A stretch of DNA of 64,000 bases, from the NCBI GenBank assembly GCA_043228905.1, contig JBHGNT010000011.1:2294001-2358000 (forward strand), in the 5' to 3' direction. The DNA comes from Azolla caroliniana (Eukaryota; Plantae; Polypodiophyta). Below are positions 1 through 13,300 of this stretch, in pieces. Both the position numbers and the translations under genes were made by a program. Under the pieces are notes generated by a model. The model did no database searches, had not been told where the DNA came from, and saw only the letters and a list, made by a program, of their open reading frames with translations. How positions within the stretch are numbered: the stretch's first letter is position 1; every line of letters begins with the position of its first letter.

Positions 1-1605
1 GTTACACGTAGATCTTCTTTGTGATAATTTTGCTCGATGTATCTCTTGAGATAACCATGTTCCATGCTTCTCTGGAGGTATTTCTCAATAGATACTTCTT
101 TCGAGGCAAAATTGAGTGGATGTGTTTAAAACAAGAAGTGTCTCAAAAGACGCATGCACTTGACGTATCTCGACAGAAGCATCGGCAAATAATTGTCTCA
201 AAAGAAGAGTCTTCTTGGAACAATATAAGGTCTTAACTACAATGGAGAAGTGCGCCTTGGAGGTCAATTTAATTGTTGAAACGTCTTGGTGAAACTGGAA
301 CACTTGAGTATTATGTATTCTTCTGAATTTCTGTAAAAACTAAGCTATGAGAGGTACTACTACAAGCTAACATGTCTTCAATGTCTTTCATGTCTCCCTT
401 ATCCTCTTTACAGGGTCTATGGATGCTTCTCTTCTCATGATGATTGGATGACGAGGACACCCCCTGCCATGCATACAAGTTTACATGCCCTCTTCCATTG
501 ATGTTTAAACCATTTGATAGCACATGGTCATCGTCACTTCTTTACTGCTTCATCTTTAGTATGTATGCACTGATTTTCATGCCATCACTATCCTTTCTTT
601 TCATTGCTTTCAAAGTTGTTTGGTTGAGTAAGAAGACCTTGTATTTGTCCATAGCTTCTGGGGTTTGTTTCTCCATCTCCGTGTTTTCCTATACTCAAGA
701 CTTGGCATGTTTGGGTGGTTCCCAACCTCCACTAACCTTGGTTTGGAATTGAGATTTTGGGTCAGCCATGATGGGTTTCAAAATTGCACTGTTTCAAAGT
801 TACTTTTCTGTTGAGGTGGTTGGACTAGTTGTCTCGGTCTTGCTCCATTTCTCAAGAGAAAGGAGTATGCAATTGGGTCACTAAATTGTTTTGTTGTTTG
901 GTCAATTGTGTGTGAGAAAACGTGTGTACGGGCTTGGCAACAAACTAACCTTTAGGAGAATGAAGAGCCACAATAAAGGATTGGGAACATGCATGCTTTT
1001 GCTATGCTCTCCCATTTCCATGGCCATTATTGGTTAAGGCTACTCATCTCCCATTACAGATACGAATTGCATAGCTAAGGCGTATCAAAGTAGTAGTGAT
1101 TGGAATTTATATTGAAGGTTGGTTGGTGAGTGACATGATGTTATGACAACGTTTAACAATTGTATCTGGGTGTCCTCATGAGAATAGAACATGGTGAGCG
1201 ATGATCTCCATGATATGCTAATGGTATGGCCCACGTGTCTTATATCCTGGTTCTCTCAGACTCTGCAACATGTTGTCAGTGCAGGTAAGGAGCTATAGAA
1301 GAAATCAATGATATGCTATTGTCATTGCATCTTGCATGCTAGTATAAGGGTTGATTCTCTATGTTCATGGGTCATTGGCCAAATTGGCCAAATTGTCATG
1401 GGTCACTTTTCTTCATCATTTATCAAATGATGGTGGAGTTCACATAAAGGTAATATAATTCTCTCCGGTGTGGTTCAAAGCTGGGACCTACACAAAACGT
1501 TCCTTGATTTTGATATCTCCTTCATGTAATTTGCAAAATCATCCAGCTCTAGGTATGCGAAGTGCCCTTCCTGCCTTGATCTCTAGTTGGTGACAAGAAA
1601 CTCTG

Positions 1606-2034
1606 AGTTGTCCTATTTCTTTGTGAGCACAATGGGTCATCTAGATATTCATGTACCTTGGTCTCTATATCTATTCTTCCTCTTAAAAAGTTCATGAAGT
1701 GAACTCTGTAGTAAGCCATCTTTGTGAGAAATGGATCCTGTGGTGTGAGCCAAAGCTCTTTAGATACAGATCCGCCATAAATCTTGCTGCAGTACTTAGT
1801 TCCTTTCATCATTTTGATGTGGTGTACATATCCAAAGGGTGTCAAGTTCTTGAACTTGGGCTCATTGTTGTTGAACCATGTCATTAGTTGTCCTATTTCT
1901 TTGTGAGCACAATGGGTCATCTAGATATTCATGTACCTTGGTCTCTATATCTATTCTTCCTCTTAAAAAGTTCATGAAGTGAACTTTGTAGTAAGCCATC
2001 TTTGTGAGAAATGGATCCTGTGGTGTGAGCCAAA
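1606..2034. repeat. ~149-bp direct duplication (1606-1754 and 1886-2034)
   Basis: AGTTGTCCTATTTC...GTGAGCCAAA occurs twice, 280 bp apart, and is near-identical. Both minus-strand ORFs carry the same peptide WLTPQDPFLTKMAYY. Confidence 0.9.
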
Positions 2035-2296
2035 CTCTTTGTGAGTACCATGATCTATCTATGTGTTGTATTATCGCCATTTGCTTTGATGCTTCAAACA
2101 GCTTGCTTGTAATTTTTTGAGGAATAGAAAAATGAGAAAGCACATTTGTTCAATAATATACATTAGTATTCACTAAGGAGGGAGAAAATACAGAGATCGC
2201 TCATATTTACATGAGAAAGCTCCTCTGGCCGTTGGGCTAACTAGCTCTTGGAGCTGACTAGCCATTATAACTTTTAATCATTCTCAACACTCCCCC

Positions 2297-5200
2297 TCAA
2301 GATGGGCGAAAAATGTCTAGTAAGCCCATCTTGTCACACAATCTAGTAAGACTTACTGGCCCAAGTCCCGTTGTAAGACAATCTGCTACTTGATGTTTAG
2401 TAGAAACATGACTCAATTTTAATATTCCATTATCAAGCTTCTCCTTGATGTGCTTGGTCCTATCATGCTGTACCGGATTGTTGGTAATGCTGATTGCTGA
2501 CTTACTGTCACACGGCATCATCTGATTTTCTTGATTCACCTTTAGTTCTACTAGGAGAGTTCTCAGCCATAACATCTTCGCAACTCCTACATCAATAGCT
2601 CTATACTCGGCTTCGGCTGTTGACCTTGCTACTATTGTCTGTTTCTTACTCTTCCAAGAGACCATATTGCCCCCAACAAACATGCAGTATCCTGATGTGG
2701 ATTTCCTATCATCAACACAACTGGTCCAATCAGAATCACAATAGCCTTCAATGTTAAAATGACCATGTTTTCTAAAGATCAATCCCTTCCCCGGGGCATC
2801 TTTGAGATATCTCAGAATATGGTACACTGCATCCATATGATCTTTCCTCAGATCATGCATGTAGTGACTTACCACACTTACTACAAATGAAATATTTGAA
2901 CTGGTGTGAGTCAAATAAATCAGCCGACCTACCAATCTTTGATACCTTTCACGATCAACTTTCTCTCATGCAAGTTCAGTTAACTTGATCTTTTGGTCGA
3001 TTGGAGAAGCTTCGGGCCTACAACTCAACATTCCAGTTTTTGTGAGAAGATCTAATACATATTTTCGCTGAGATAGAACAACTCCTTCTGCTCCACGAGC
3101 TACCTCAATTCCAAGAAAGTATCATAGCAATCCTAGATCCTTCACCTCAAACTCTTTACCCAATTGCACCTTCAATTGAGCAATTTCTCCTTCACCGTTA
3201 CCCATCATAATTATATCATCCACATACGCAGCAAGTAATGTAGTATGCTCCTTGTGTTGTTGAAAAAACATTGTATGGTCTGCATTCGTCTGTTGGTATC
3301 CCATACCCACCATAGCCCTTCTTAACTTGTCGAACCAGGCTTGAGGAGATTGCTTTAGTCTATAAAGCGACTTCCTTAGTCTACAAACCTTACCTACTGT
3401 TTGAATTGTACCAAAACCTGGGGGGATATCCATGTACACTTCCTCCATCAACTCTCCATGAAGGAATGCATTTTTTACATCTAATTGATGTAATTTCCAA
3501 TCTTTATTCACTGCTAAGGAAATAAGCATTCTAGCAATGCTCATCTTCGCTATAGGTGCAAAAGTCTCATCGTAATCAATGCAATATGTCTGACTATATC
3601 CCTTAGCCTCTAATCGTGCCCTGTATCGATCTATTTTTCCCCCATTTGCAAACACCCATTTGCACTTGTAAAGGAGACGTAGGTGGTGTTGTGCAATGGA
3701 AGCGAGCTATGTGTGAGTGTGTGAGTGCACGTAAGGCAAGACAGAGAGAGAGAGCTTGATCAAGAAGCTATATTAGTAAAAAGATAGATTACATCCAATA
3801 GTAACTAAGTTACAAAGAGTTGGTTTAAATACCAACTAGTCTAGGGCAAATGCCCTTTCTACTAATTACAAATCTAGCCTAGTATGATGTTCACTGGCTA
3901 GTGTTCAATGGCTAGTGTGAACATTGTCTCTATGGGAAGTTGAGTTCGATTCTCAACAACACCCAACCGCCTTCTTTCCTGGTGGTAGTGACACAATCTC
4001 CCAAGTTTTGTTCTTCTCAAGACCTCCGAGTTCGTTTTGCAGGGCTGCTTTCCAGTTTGGATCTTCTTTAGCAACCTGCCAACACTTGGGTAAAGAGACA
4101 AAGTCTAATGATGCAATGAATGTTGTATGTGTAGCTGATATGTTAGAATAAGAGATAAACTGAACAATACCATGAGGAAAACCATAACGAATAGGAGGGA
4201 CTCTTGCATTACTACGAGAGGTTCTCCTAACCTCTATAGGAGAAGGAGAAGAAATCATATCACCTGTGATGTCTCGGTTTGGGAGTTCTACAGGTATTTC
4301 AGAAGTCAAGGCAGGTCGGGACATGGAACTTGATGGCACAAGTGGCACTGAAGACGTGTTCATATTTCTTTCTTTCTGCGTCCTCTTCCTGTATACACTT
4401 TTAGCTTCCCCTCAGCTTGAAACCCAACACATATAGGTTCCTCGTCTTCTTTTCCTTCTTCTTCCTTATCTCCTATGCTCACTTGTTTCTCAGCTGATGT
4501 AGGGATCAGCAAAGGAATTGATCCTATTTTTAGCAACCTCTCACCATTATCTCCTTCCCTCATATTTTCAGTCTCAATTAAGTCATCAAAGGGTGAAGTT
4601 ACCTCTAGTTTATAATATGGCTCCGACTCTCTGAAATGCACATCCATCCTCACAAATAATCTCTTCTCTACTGGACTCCCAACAAACATAGCCTTTTTGT
4701 GTGGGTATCCCACAAATACACATTTCACAGCTCTAGGATCAACTGATGGTTTACTGTCCTTTACAAAACACACACATCCAAACACCTTCAAAGGTAGGAT
4801 TCTTGAGTTATTCCCTTGCAACAACTCACATGGAGACTTCCACTCCAATACTCTAGAGGGCATTCTATTGATCAATGCAACAACCGTCAAAATTGCTTGT
4901 CCCCACAACTGCTTTGGGACATTCATAGAAATCATCATGTTTCTTGTTACCTCTAGAAGATACCCTTCCTCTTTGCTACTCCATTTTGTGTTGGTGTATA
5001 TGGGCATGTAGTCTGATGTTGTATTCCTTGATCTAAGAAGTATGCCCTAAATGTAATGTTAGCATACTCTGTTCCATTATCAGACCTCAACACTTTTACT
5101 ACTGCACTATATTGAGTTTGAACTGCTCTATGAAAATCTTTAAAACAAGTAAATGCTTCATTCTTTTTCCTCATCAAATATAACCAAGTCACACGAGAGA

Positions 5201-6190
5201 AGCAGTCAATGAAAGAGACAAAATATCAATATCCATTAATAGAACTTGTGGAACACAATCCCCAAACATCGGAGTGTATTACATCAAACGCATGGGAACT
5301 CCTATGACCTGAACTAACATATGAGTTTTTAGTAAGCTTACCGAATTCACATGCATCACAAACAAGTTTCGTTTTATCAGCCTTTTCAAAAAGGTGTGGA
5401 TACACCAGACTCAAAACGCCATAAGAGGTATGCCACATACGTTGGTGGTAAAGTATCAACAAGTCTTCATAACTCATTTTAGATCCCCTTACATATGTTC
5501 CTCTACCATAGATGCTAATGCTGAATCCAGCCCTTCACGATCCAAATAGCATAATCCACTATGCGGTGTGATAGTCCTAAGTCTCCAACTTGTCCCTTTC
5601 TCTTGGAATATCACCTTGGGAATATCAAAAGAAACAACACATTTTAGTTGGTGTATGATAGAACTTATGGGTAATAGGTTTACTGGGAAAGGAGCATACA
5701 ACACATTAGACAATGTCACAGAATCGGTACATTTCACTGTACCTATACCAACTACAAGTTGTGTTGTACCGTCAATAGTTTGAATATTGTCTAGCATTGC
5801 TAAGTGAGTATACGAGGAGAATTCACAAGCATTACGTGTCACATGCCTAAATGCACCAGAATCAATTATCCATTCTGGTGTAGAGGCAAGAGCATTTGTG
5901 TTGCTAGTACTTGTGGCCGAATAAGCATAGGTGGCAACGTTACCTCTTGACATGAATGAAGTATCATCTGCGGCTCTTTGCTTCCTCCTAAGTATTTATA
6001 AGAGAACTTGATCCTCTTCGGTGAACACCACCTTAGTTCCTTCCTCTTCTTCTGCTACCATTAGGTTTGCTTGGTGACCTCTTCCACCTCTTCGGCCCCC
6101 TCGACCACGACCTCTAGTTTATCCACGTCCTCCATATTCTGTCTCCTTAGATGGTTTAGGGCAAGCATTCTTTATGTGACTGGTCCATCG
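2297..6190 (-). pseudogene. Copia pol polyprotein remnants (PR, IN, RT, RNase H); gag mostly deleted
   Basis: Motifs are WIIDSGA (protease), H..MWH..CDAC, HSDVWG and LRSDNGTEY (integrase), LDVKNAFLHG and YVDDII (RT), and YCDSDW and ARSTAEAEY (RNase H). The frame is broken by stops and frameshifts. Confidence 0.93.
3667..3958. mobile_element. Solo LTR inserted in the Copia RT
   Basis: TG...CA-bounded 292-bp insert that splits the conserved KKAVGC|KWVF motif. Flanks GCACT/ACACC match at 3 of 5 positions (eroded TSD). Confidence 0.7.
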
Positions 6191-9100
6191 AGTTTGCACT
6201 CAACTGGGAGGAGTTCAAGTTGAGGTGGTGGTTGTGTTCCTGTCACACCTCCAGATGCTACAATCTCAGCCTGCTTCATGTATTTCACCAATGTTTTCAC
6301 CTCATCCTCGTTCAAGTTTGAGAACACCTCATCCATCTTCTCAACTTAGCCTATCTCTGCACTCCTCTTCCGACTTCTTTTCTCAAGTCACCTCTCAATC
6401 ACATAGCAATGTCATCCCAAAAGGAGAAGCCCCCTTTCCTCTCTTGGATGCTAGGACAGTGCTGTTCCGATTGTTTTCATACCAGCAGAGGGGTGGATCT
6501 AGGGTTTTGCAGAGGGGCAGATCTATGCTCTGGTACCAAATAGAAAAATCAGAAAGCACATTTGTTCAATAATATACATTGGTATGTCACAACAGGAGGG
6601 AGAAAATACAGAGATCGCTCATATTTACATGAGGAGAAAGTTCCTCTTTATAAAGGTCAAGATCTGGCTGTTGGGCTGACTAGCTGTTGGAGCTGACTAG
6701 CTGTTGGGCTAGCCGTTATAACTTTTAATCATTCTCAACATGAGGTGGCATGGTTCAAATCAGGTTGGTGAGTTTCACTATCTAGAATATGCTTCTACCA
6801 TTGTTTGGGGTTGCTGCCGTTTCAGCATGGATGATCTCATGTGGACTGGATCTTGGGTACATATCATCCTTGACAATGCGTAGGCTAGTGGATGCTCTAT
6901 ATGTGTCCACATGTACATAAGAAGACCTGGAGCTCATATGGCTACACTACATGAAGGCAAGATGACCATGGTGTCAAATGACTGTGCTCTGGTGGCATTG
7001 TTGTTCTAGCATGCGTAGAGTGCATACCTCTAATAAGTCGATGTGTGGCATCTTGGGCCATAGAGAACATCCCACTCATGCTTGTAAATGTGACTTCTAG
7101 ATATAAACGGGCATTCACTGGTTCAACTTGCCTCATTGGGCAAAGAAAGTTTGGTGGCAAATCGGCTCAGCTATGTGGAAGATTATGGCCTTAATATTTC
7201 CAAGGTTTAATCATCTGGGGCATTAAGATGATGCTGTAGACCATGAGATTTAGAAACCAAGATTATTTCATGAACATAAAGAAGAATGTGAATGGGTGTA
7301 CTTAATATGTTGGTTCCCTGCAACCACTTACAATGTAGTTCGCCACCTTGTTAATATACAATTCAAAAGGGGGTAGTGGAGAGTTGGTTTGATATTAAAG
7401 GCAAAACATCCATAAAATTGCTTATTTTGCACCTTTTCTTGGTCCAACAAGCAACTGATTTAAGTTCATATCTCTTCGACCCTGGTTTATATATTTGTGG
7501 TATGCTTCAAGCACTACTCCTAAAGTTTGATGTTCAACATGATGGTTCGAAAGTTCACGTGTTATTTGGTCTGTATGTGTTGGGAAGGTCCTCTAGCAAG
7601 GCCCCATTGAATATCTGTACAACATATATGAGGTCTTTGCTTTGTAGTCTTGTGTGGCCAGATGGTCCTCCACAACCTTGTATGAGGTAAAGAACGTGGA
7701 AGTAGGGTGTGTCTTTGCTGGTTGTGGTGAAGGGAGTTGGTGAGGGACATGGTACAAGCTTTTTGCATAAGAATTCAATAATTGCGGATCCTTGAGCAGT
7801 GTCGGGTTTTAGGGTTCTCTTATACATTGCTCGGTAGTGGCCTAGTCATTGCTCTGAAGAGATGGTATAAATCCCAAATATTGTGCTTCCACATAGATGC
7901 ACTTTTTTTATGTGCAAGGTCTCGAGTTTGATGGCGAACTTATTGTTGTGTATTCTCTATGAGGCTTACATTAGTATACATCCCTTTACAATCCTTGATA
8001 TACCCATAATTTTGGGACATATTCCCAAGCATATGGCATCTAGATGGTGTGTGGGAGTAAATGGTTGGGGTATGATGTTGGCATGGGTTATGGAAAGATA
8101 AGTGTGGTCAGTCTCAATTGGGTAGGGTGGGATGGTGAAGGTTTTGATGGTTTAGGTGGCTTCCCTTGTTTCTGTGGATATAATTAACTTTGCTCCCAGA
8201 ACCTCCTAATGGGAAATATGCAAGGCCACTAAAATTTGTCCATGTGTTCATGCAGTTGTTAACAAGGTGTTGTTGAGAACATCGTTCTAATAGATGTTTT
8301 CCATATGTTATGTTATGTTATCTTGTCTTGATTATTGTTATTTACTTCTGCATATTTGAATCCTTTGGGAGGGAAGTAACTTAAAACCCTGAAGTATAAA
8401 TCATTCTTTGTTCTCACATCTGTCATCTTCACTCTTACACCTTGGGAGACTATGGATATTTCTCCCTAAACAAGTTTAGGAGTCCAAAAATCAGACTATG
8501 ATACAATGCATTGCACTTGATTTTATATTTGAGTTTGTTTTCCACACATTGTCAATCCAATCTTGCATACATTCCTCTCACAGTCAGTCCACTCCCTATG
8601 TACATATCGATTCCACGAAGGCTTTCATGCCTTTGTGGGTTCAAACCATGAAGGGTCTCTTTGTCACCCTAGTTTTATCTCATGTAGCTCGATTTCCTGC
8701 TCTAATGTAGAAGATGCTCTGTGCATAAATTTTCATTTCAACCATCTTAGAATGTTTTTGTTAGAGTGCAATGGAATGGTCAGATTCAATGTCGGAATTT
8801 CACCCCTTCTGAAAATTGTAATACTTCACGTAGATTTCTACTCAAGTATCGGAATCCTGAACTTGAAAATTTATTGTGGTTTTTGTTCAACAAGAAATCA
8901 ATAGGTTACATAGATCTTCAGAATACGTATAGTTGTAATTTGTAAATGAGAAATTTATATTAGCTTGTAAGAGTCCCCAAAGGTTGAAGCAAAATACAAT
9001 TGAGGTCAATATCCTCTTCTCCGTTACAAGGGTGTATGAATTAAAGATGGAAGATCCAATTGGAATTTCTTGAAGATATCCAATTTACGACCACATTGTC

Positions 9101-10334
9101 TCTTGTCATTGTAGGCTTCTTACACACTCTCTTGATATGTTTCAATGTCTCAATCTGAATTTTGGTTGAGCTCCCACCGTCAATCCACTTTTCTCCCTGA
9201 ACAATGAGCTCTCTTGCCAAAGAAAAATGGTAGTTTCTTTTGGAGCTCCTTTGTCAAATAAAAATAGTAGGGCCACTTTTTATCATACGTTGTTGTGATG
9301 TGGTGTGGCCAAAGATAGAAAGGTGGAATAAGGGAGGCTTCACTCGCATCACAAAAACATATGTAAATATAAATATATATACAAGTAATAAATATAAGTG
9401 AATAGGCCAGTGGTTATAGCTATTCACTAGGAAGAAAAGGGTGTAGAGTTTGATTCTTTGATAGCACGCTGCAAATCAAGGAATAATTATTCCCTTTTCT
9501 TTTTCAAAGAAAGGGAATAAGCGCATTTAATGCTAAAATTAGATGCCTATTTTTTTCTATAAAAAGAGATGAGAGCTTAGTTTGGGTGCACCATTTTGCG
9601 GTTTGGGGTGTACAATTAGGGTTTGTTTTCTTCCTTTTCTTCATTTTTAGAGGGTCACCTATTTTGTTGTTTGAGGTGTACCATTAGGGTTTGGGGGTCG
9701 CTCATTTTGCGTTTCAAGAGTGCACCATTAGGGTTTCTTCTTCTTCAAAATTAGGGTTTTCTTTTTCTTCTACTTAACATACTTGAGAGACAATTTCTTC
9801 TTCTTCATCTTACTCAAGAGTTTAGGGTTTCTTCTTCTTATTCCTTTTCGATGGCCTCTTCGACTTTGGAACTACCTACCTACTTACGTCTACTTCAGAG
9901 TTTTGGTCTTCTTCTCCACAACGGAGAACGCTACGATTTCAAGAGAAGGGTAGGGCTACCTCACTCTCTGGACGAAGTGACACGGGAACATTACAATGTC
10001 ATTTGGGCGCTATAGTGTACAATGGTAGTCACGATCCAATCACTCACTTGACTCGCCTTCATCGGAAACTCCATAGCCTCCCTTTTGTTCGTTTTGTTTA
10101 GTTTTTGTTCATGCTCTAATTGTATGATCGTTTTGTTATTTCCGTGGTAGTCCATCTCTAATCACAAAATTATCTTCCTAAGACAACCTAGTGCAAGCAA
10201 AATGTCTATCATCATGTCCATCTCCATTGTATAATTATCACTCGCTAATTATATAGCTCACATCTTACCTTCAAAGGTCCTACCTAACAAGGATAAAACC
10301 CTTGACCTTATTATTCCAAATGTTCGCTCTTGCT

Positions 10335-13300
10335 TGTTAATCCTTAAGGCCGGACAACAGCCTAACACAGGGTGTCCACTTAAGACACTTCACCAAAGTT
10401 TAAAACAATGGTTACTTACCAATACATCATTAACACACGTAAGATATACAATAAGCATAGAACGATGAACAATACTCTATGATTAACAAAAGGTTTATAT
10501 TACTCTTCGTTGATGACTACATTGTAACCGGGCCTTTATATAGGTCACCGGTGCGAAGTACAAAACGGTGCCAACCGGCACCTATTCGGGATCAGTTCGG
10601 ATTTGGATCGGCACACTGATTTCGGTCCATCCGTCCACATCTTCTCATATATTAATATATTAAGACTAGTAATTACAACAGATTCCGAAATAACAATTCC
10701 CCTTTTCACACCCTGGTCTTGGCGTCCTTAGCTCCTTTGCTGGCCGGGTAACAAATGCACGCCCGTGGGACAGTACCTTGTACGTCGAATCCCACACCGG
10801 CCCCTTACTCTTTGTCCAAGATATCCAGGATGCTTTGCTCCAGGGTCTCCAGTGGTTCTACCACAATTTGTTGTGGCTGTTGTTGTTGCTGCTACGGTTG
10901 CTCCGATTGTGACTGAGGTTGCTTCTCCGTTTGTGGCTTCGACTCTAGTTGCGGCTCCGATTGTTGCTCTGGCACCGACGTTTCCTTCGTTGTTTCCTCC
11001 GTCGGAGTTGTCTCTGGTTGACTTACCTCGGCCTGGTCCCCGTCTGGTCCTTGTATCGACGATGGTTCCTCATCACTAAGGTTGACCGTTGTCGCATGCC
11101 TTGCTTTTTCTTCCCTAGGTCGGGACCGCTCATAGCTCTCAAACTGGACTTGAGCATCCATCCAATCGTCGTCCAGTTGAGCTATGAGTTGTCGGACCTT
11201 CACCAATTGCTCATCCGCAAGAGCTGTGAAATCTTTTGCCAGCTCATCCTTTATGGTGGTGAAGTCCTCCCATGTGAGCATATAACAATCGTCACCCTCC
11301 TTCCGTCGGTTTTTCGCGTCCGCCCTGAGCAACTGGAGTTCAGTCATATTCTGCACCCATTTCGTCCACCATCGCACGGAGCTCTCGTCAATCAAGCGTT
11401 TGGTCTTGTTTAGCCATGCTCAGAGGATGCACTAGATCCGTTCCATTCCCATCTGTGATTTGTTCTCCACGGCTTGTCGCTCCTCTTTCAATTGCTTGAT
11501 GATTCTGACCGTGTCCGCCTCCTGCTCCCTATAATGCGACAATTGACTTTGATAGGTTGTTGGCAACTTCTGTAACACCATTGTCGCCCTCTCCTTTTCT
11601 TCATGGTGCTGCTTGTGGAGCTCCATCCGGTCCCTCACCGCTTCCTCCAATAGCTTTGTATTCTTAGCTCGTTCGTCGGCAAGTGCCGTCGTGGCCCTAT
11701 CAACTTCCTGCCGGAGCTCGGCCATCCTTTCCTGCTGTTGCTTAATCTCCGTGTCCAAGCTCTTAAAGTTCCGGTGCAGGTGGTCGAAGACCTCTGTCTT
11801 CTGCTTCAGCCTCTAGTTGATTTGTCGGCGAGCGCGGTCTTCCCGGTCCTTTTGTTGACGGAGTTCTTCTTTTAGCCTTTCGATTTCCGTTTCCGCCATC
11901 TGTCGCAGCTTGTCCTTCTCCTGCAGCAATTTTTCTTTTTCCTCCTTTAGCCGGTCGTAAGCTTGATGCCCTTTCCGCAAATTTTCTTCTGCCCGGCGGA
12001 GGTTTTCAACAGTCTTCTTTAACTCCTCTTCTGTCGCTTTCTTCAAATCTCGTTCGCGGATCCATAGTGCTTCTTATGCGGCAAGTTCGTCCCTTAATTC
12101 GGCAAGCTCTTGGGTTTGCACCACATATTTCTCCGGGATGGTTTTTGTCTTTGGGGTCTTATTCGTGTGTACATGCGTGGTTGTTTCTTTATTCTGTACA
12201 TCCACCGGAGTCACCGGTGCTTGGATCTATGTTGCAGTTAAGGCCATTTTGGCCATGTCTCTAGTTCATCGGTTGTGACTAGCAACCGTTCCATCTACGC
12301 TCGTTCTTCCGCCTCTACATACAGTATCACTTCGGCAACCTGCTCTCCTATCCACCGGAGCCATTGGCTGCCGGTGCCTTGTTGCGTCTGCATGGAGGGT
12401 TGGCTGATGGGTTCACTTGCCAGTGGCCGGTCCCGCCTAACTGCGTTGAGCTGCAATTCCGGCTCTGCTTGCTGACCCCTTTGTTGTTCAAGTTCCGGTT
12501 GTGTTTCGGCTGGCCCCTCTTGTTCTACTTGTTCTTGGCTAGCCGAGGAAGGTGGCACATGCCATACCGGCGCTTGCATTTCGGGGCTTGCCGTTTCCTG
12601 ACCCGTCGGTATTGCCTGTTGTGCAAGGGCTTTTGAGACCGGTTCCTCCCTTGGCGTGGGATTCTCAGTGTGGGGTAAAGGCGTTCCATCCTTCTGTGGG
12701 TCTGAACGCTTCCCGATTGATTCTGCGGTGCTCGTCGTCGGTCGCCACTAGAGGTGCTCCATAGGTTCTTCCTGTAGGTGACCCCTTTTCTTGAAATGGC
12801 GTTTCTTTTTGTTTCGATACACTTGACGGGGTTGGTCATCATGTATGTCGTAGGCTTCTCGTTGTTGGTTGTAACCGGGGGATTGGTCCCGATTGTATCT
12901 TTCATACCGTCCATTATAATCCCGGTACCGATCATATCTATCATACCGGTTATAGTTGTCCCTGTATCGAACATCTTGTGCCGGTCGGTATCGCTCTTCT
13001 CACCTCCAACGTTCTTCTTCCTCCTCCTTGGTACTCCGTGGTTCGATTTGTTGAACCAGTGGTGCTTGGCGATTCAACAAATTGTACTCGCACTGCTCCA
13101 TTGTGTGGTTCTTGGAATGGCACATTAGACATTGCGACCGCATGGTACATTCTAGTGCTGAGTGTCCGGCATTTAGGCATGTTGTGCATTGAATGGCCTG
13201 TCAAAACCGGAGATCCTCATCGGTTGGTAACGCTCGTTGGAGTGCTCCCATTGTTAACCAAGAGCTTGTTTTCTCCATTTCTCTAACCTAGTCGATGACC

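Larger units (their letters stand above)
2123..6740 (-). mobile_element. Ty1/Copia LTR retrotransposon, degenerate, with short LTRs
   Basis: LTRs at 2123-2289 and 6539-6740. TSD TGAGG at 2118-2122 and 6741-6745. Minus-strand PBS TGGTACCAGAGC (tRNA-iMet-like) at 6527-6538 and PPT AGGGGGAG next to the left LTR. Domain order is protease, integrase, RT, RNase H. Confidence 0.93.
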
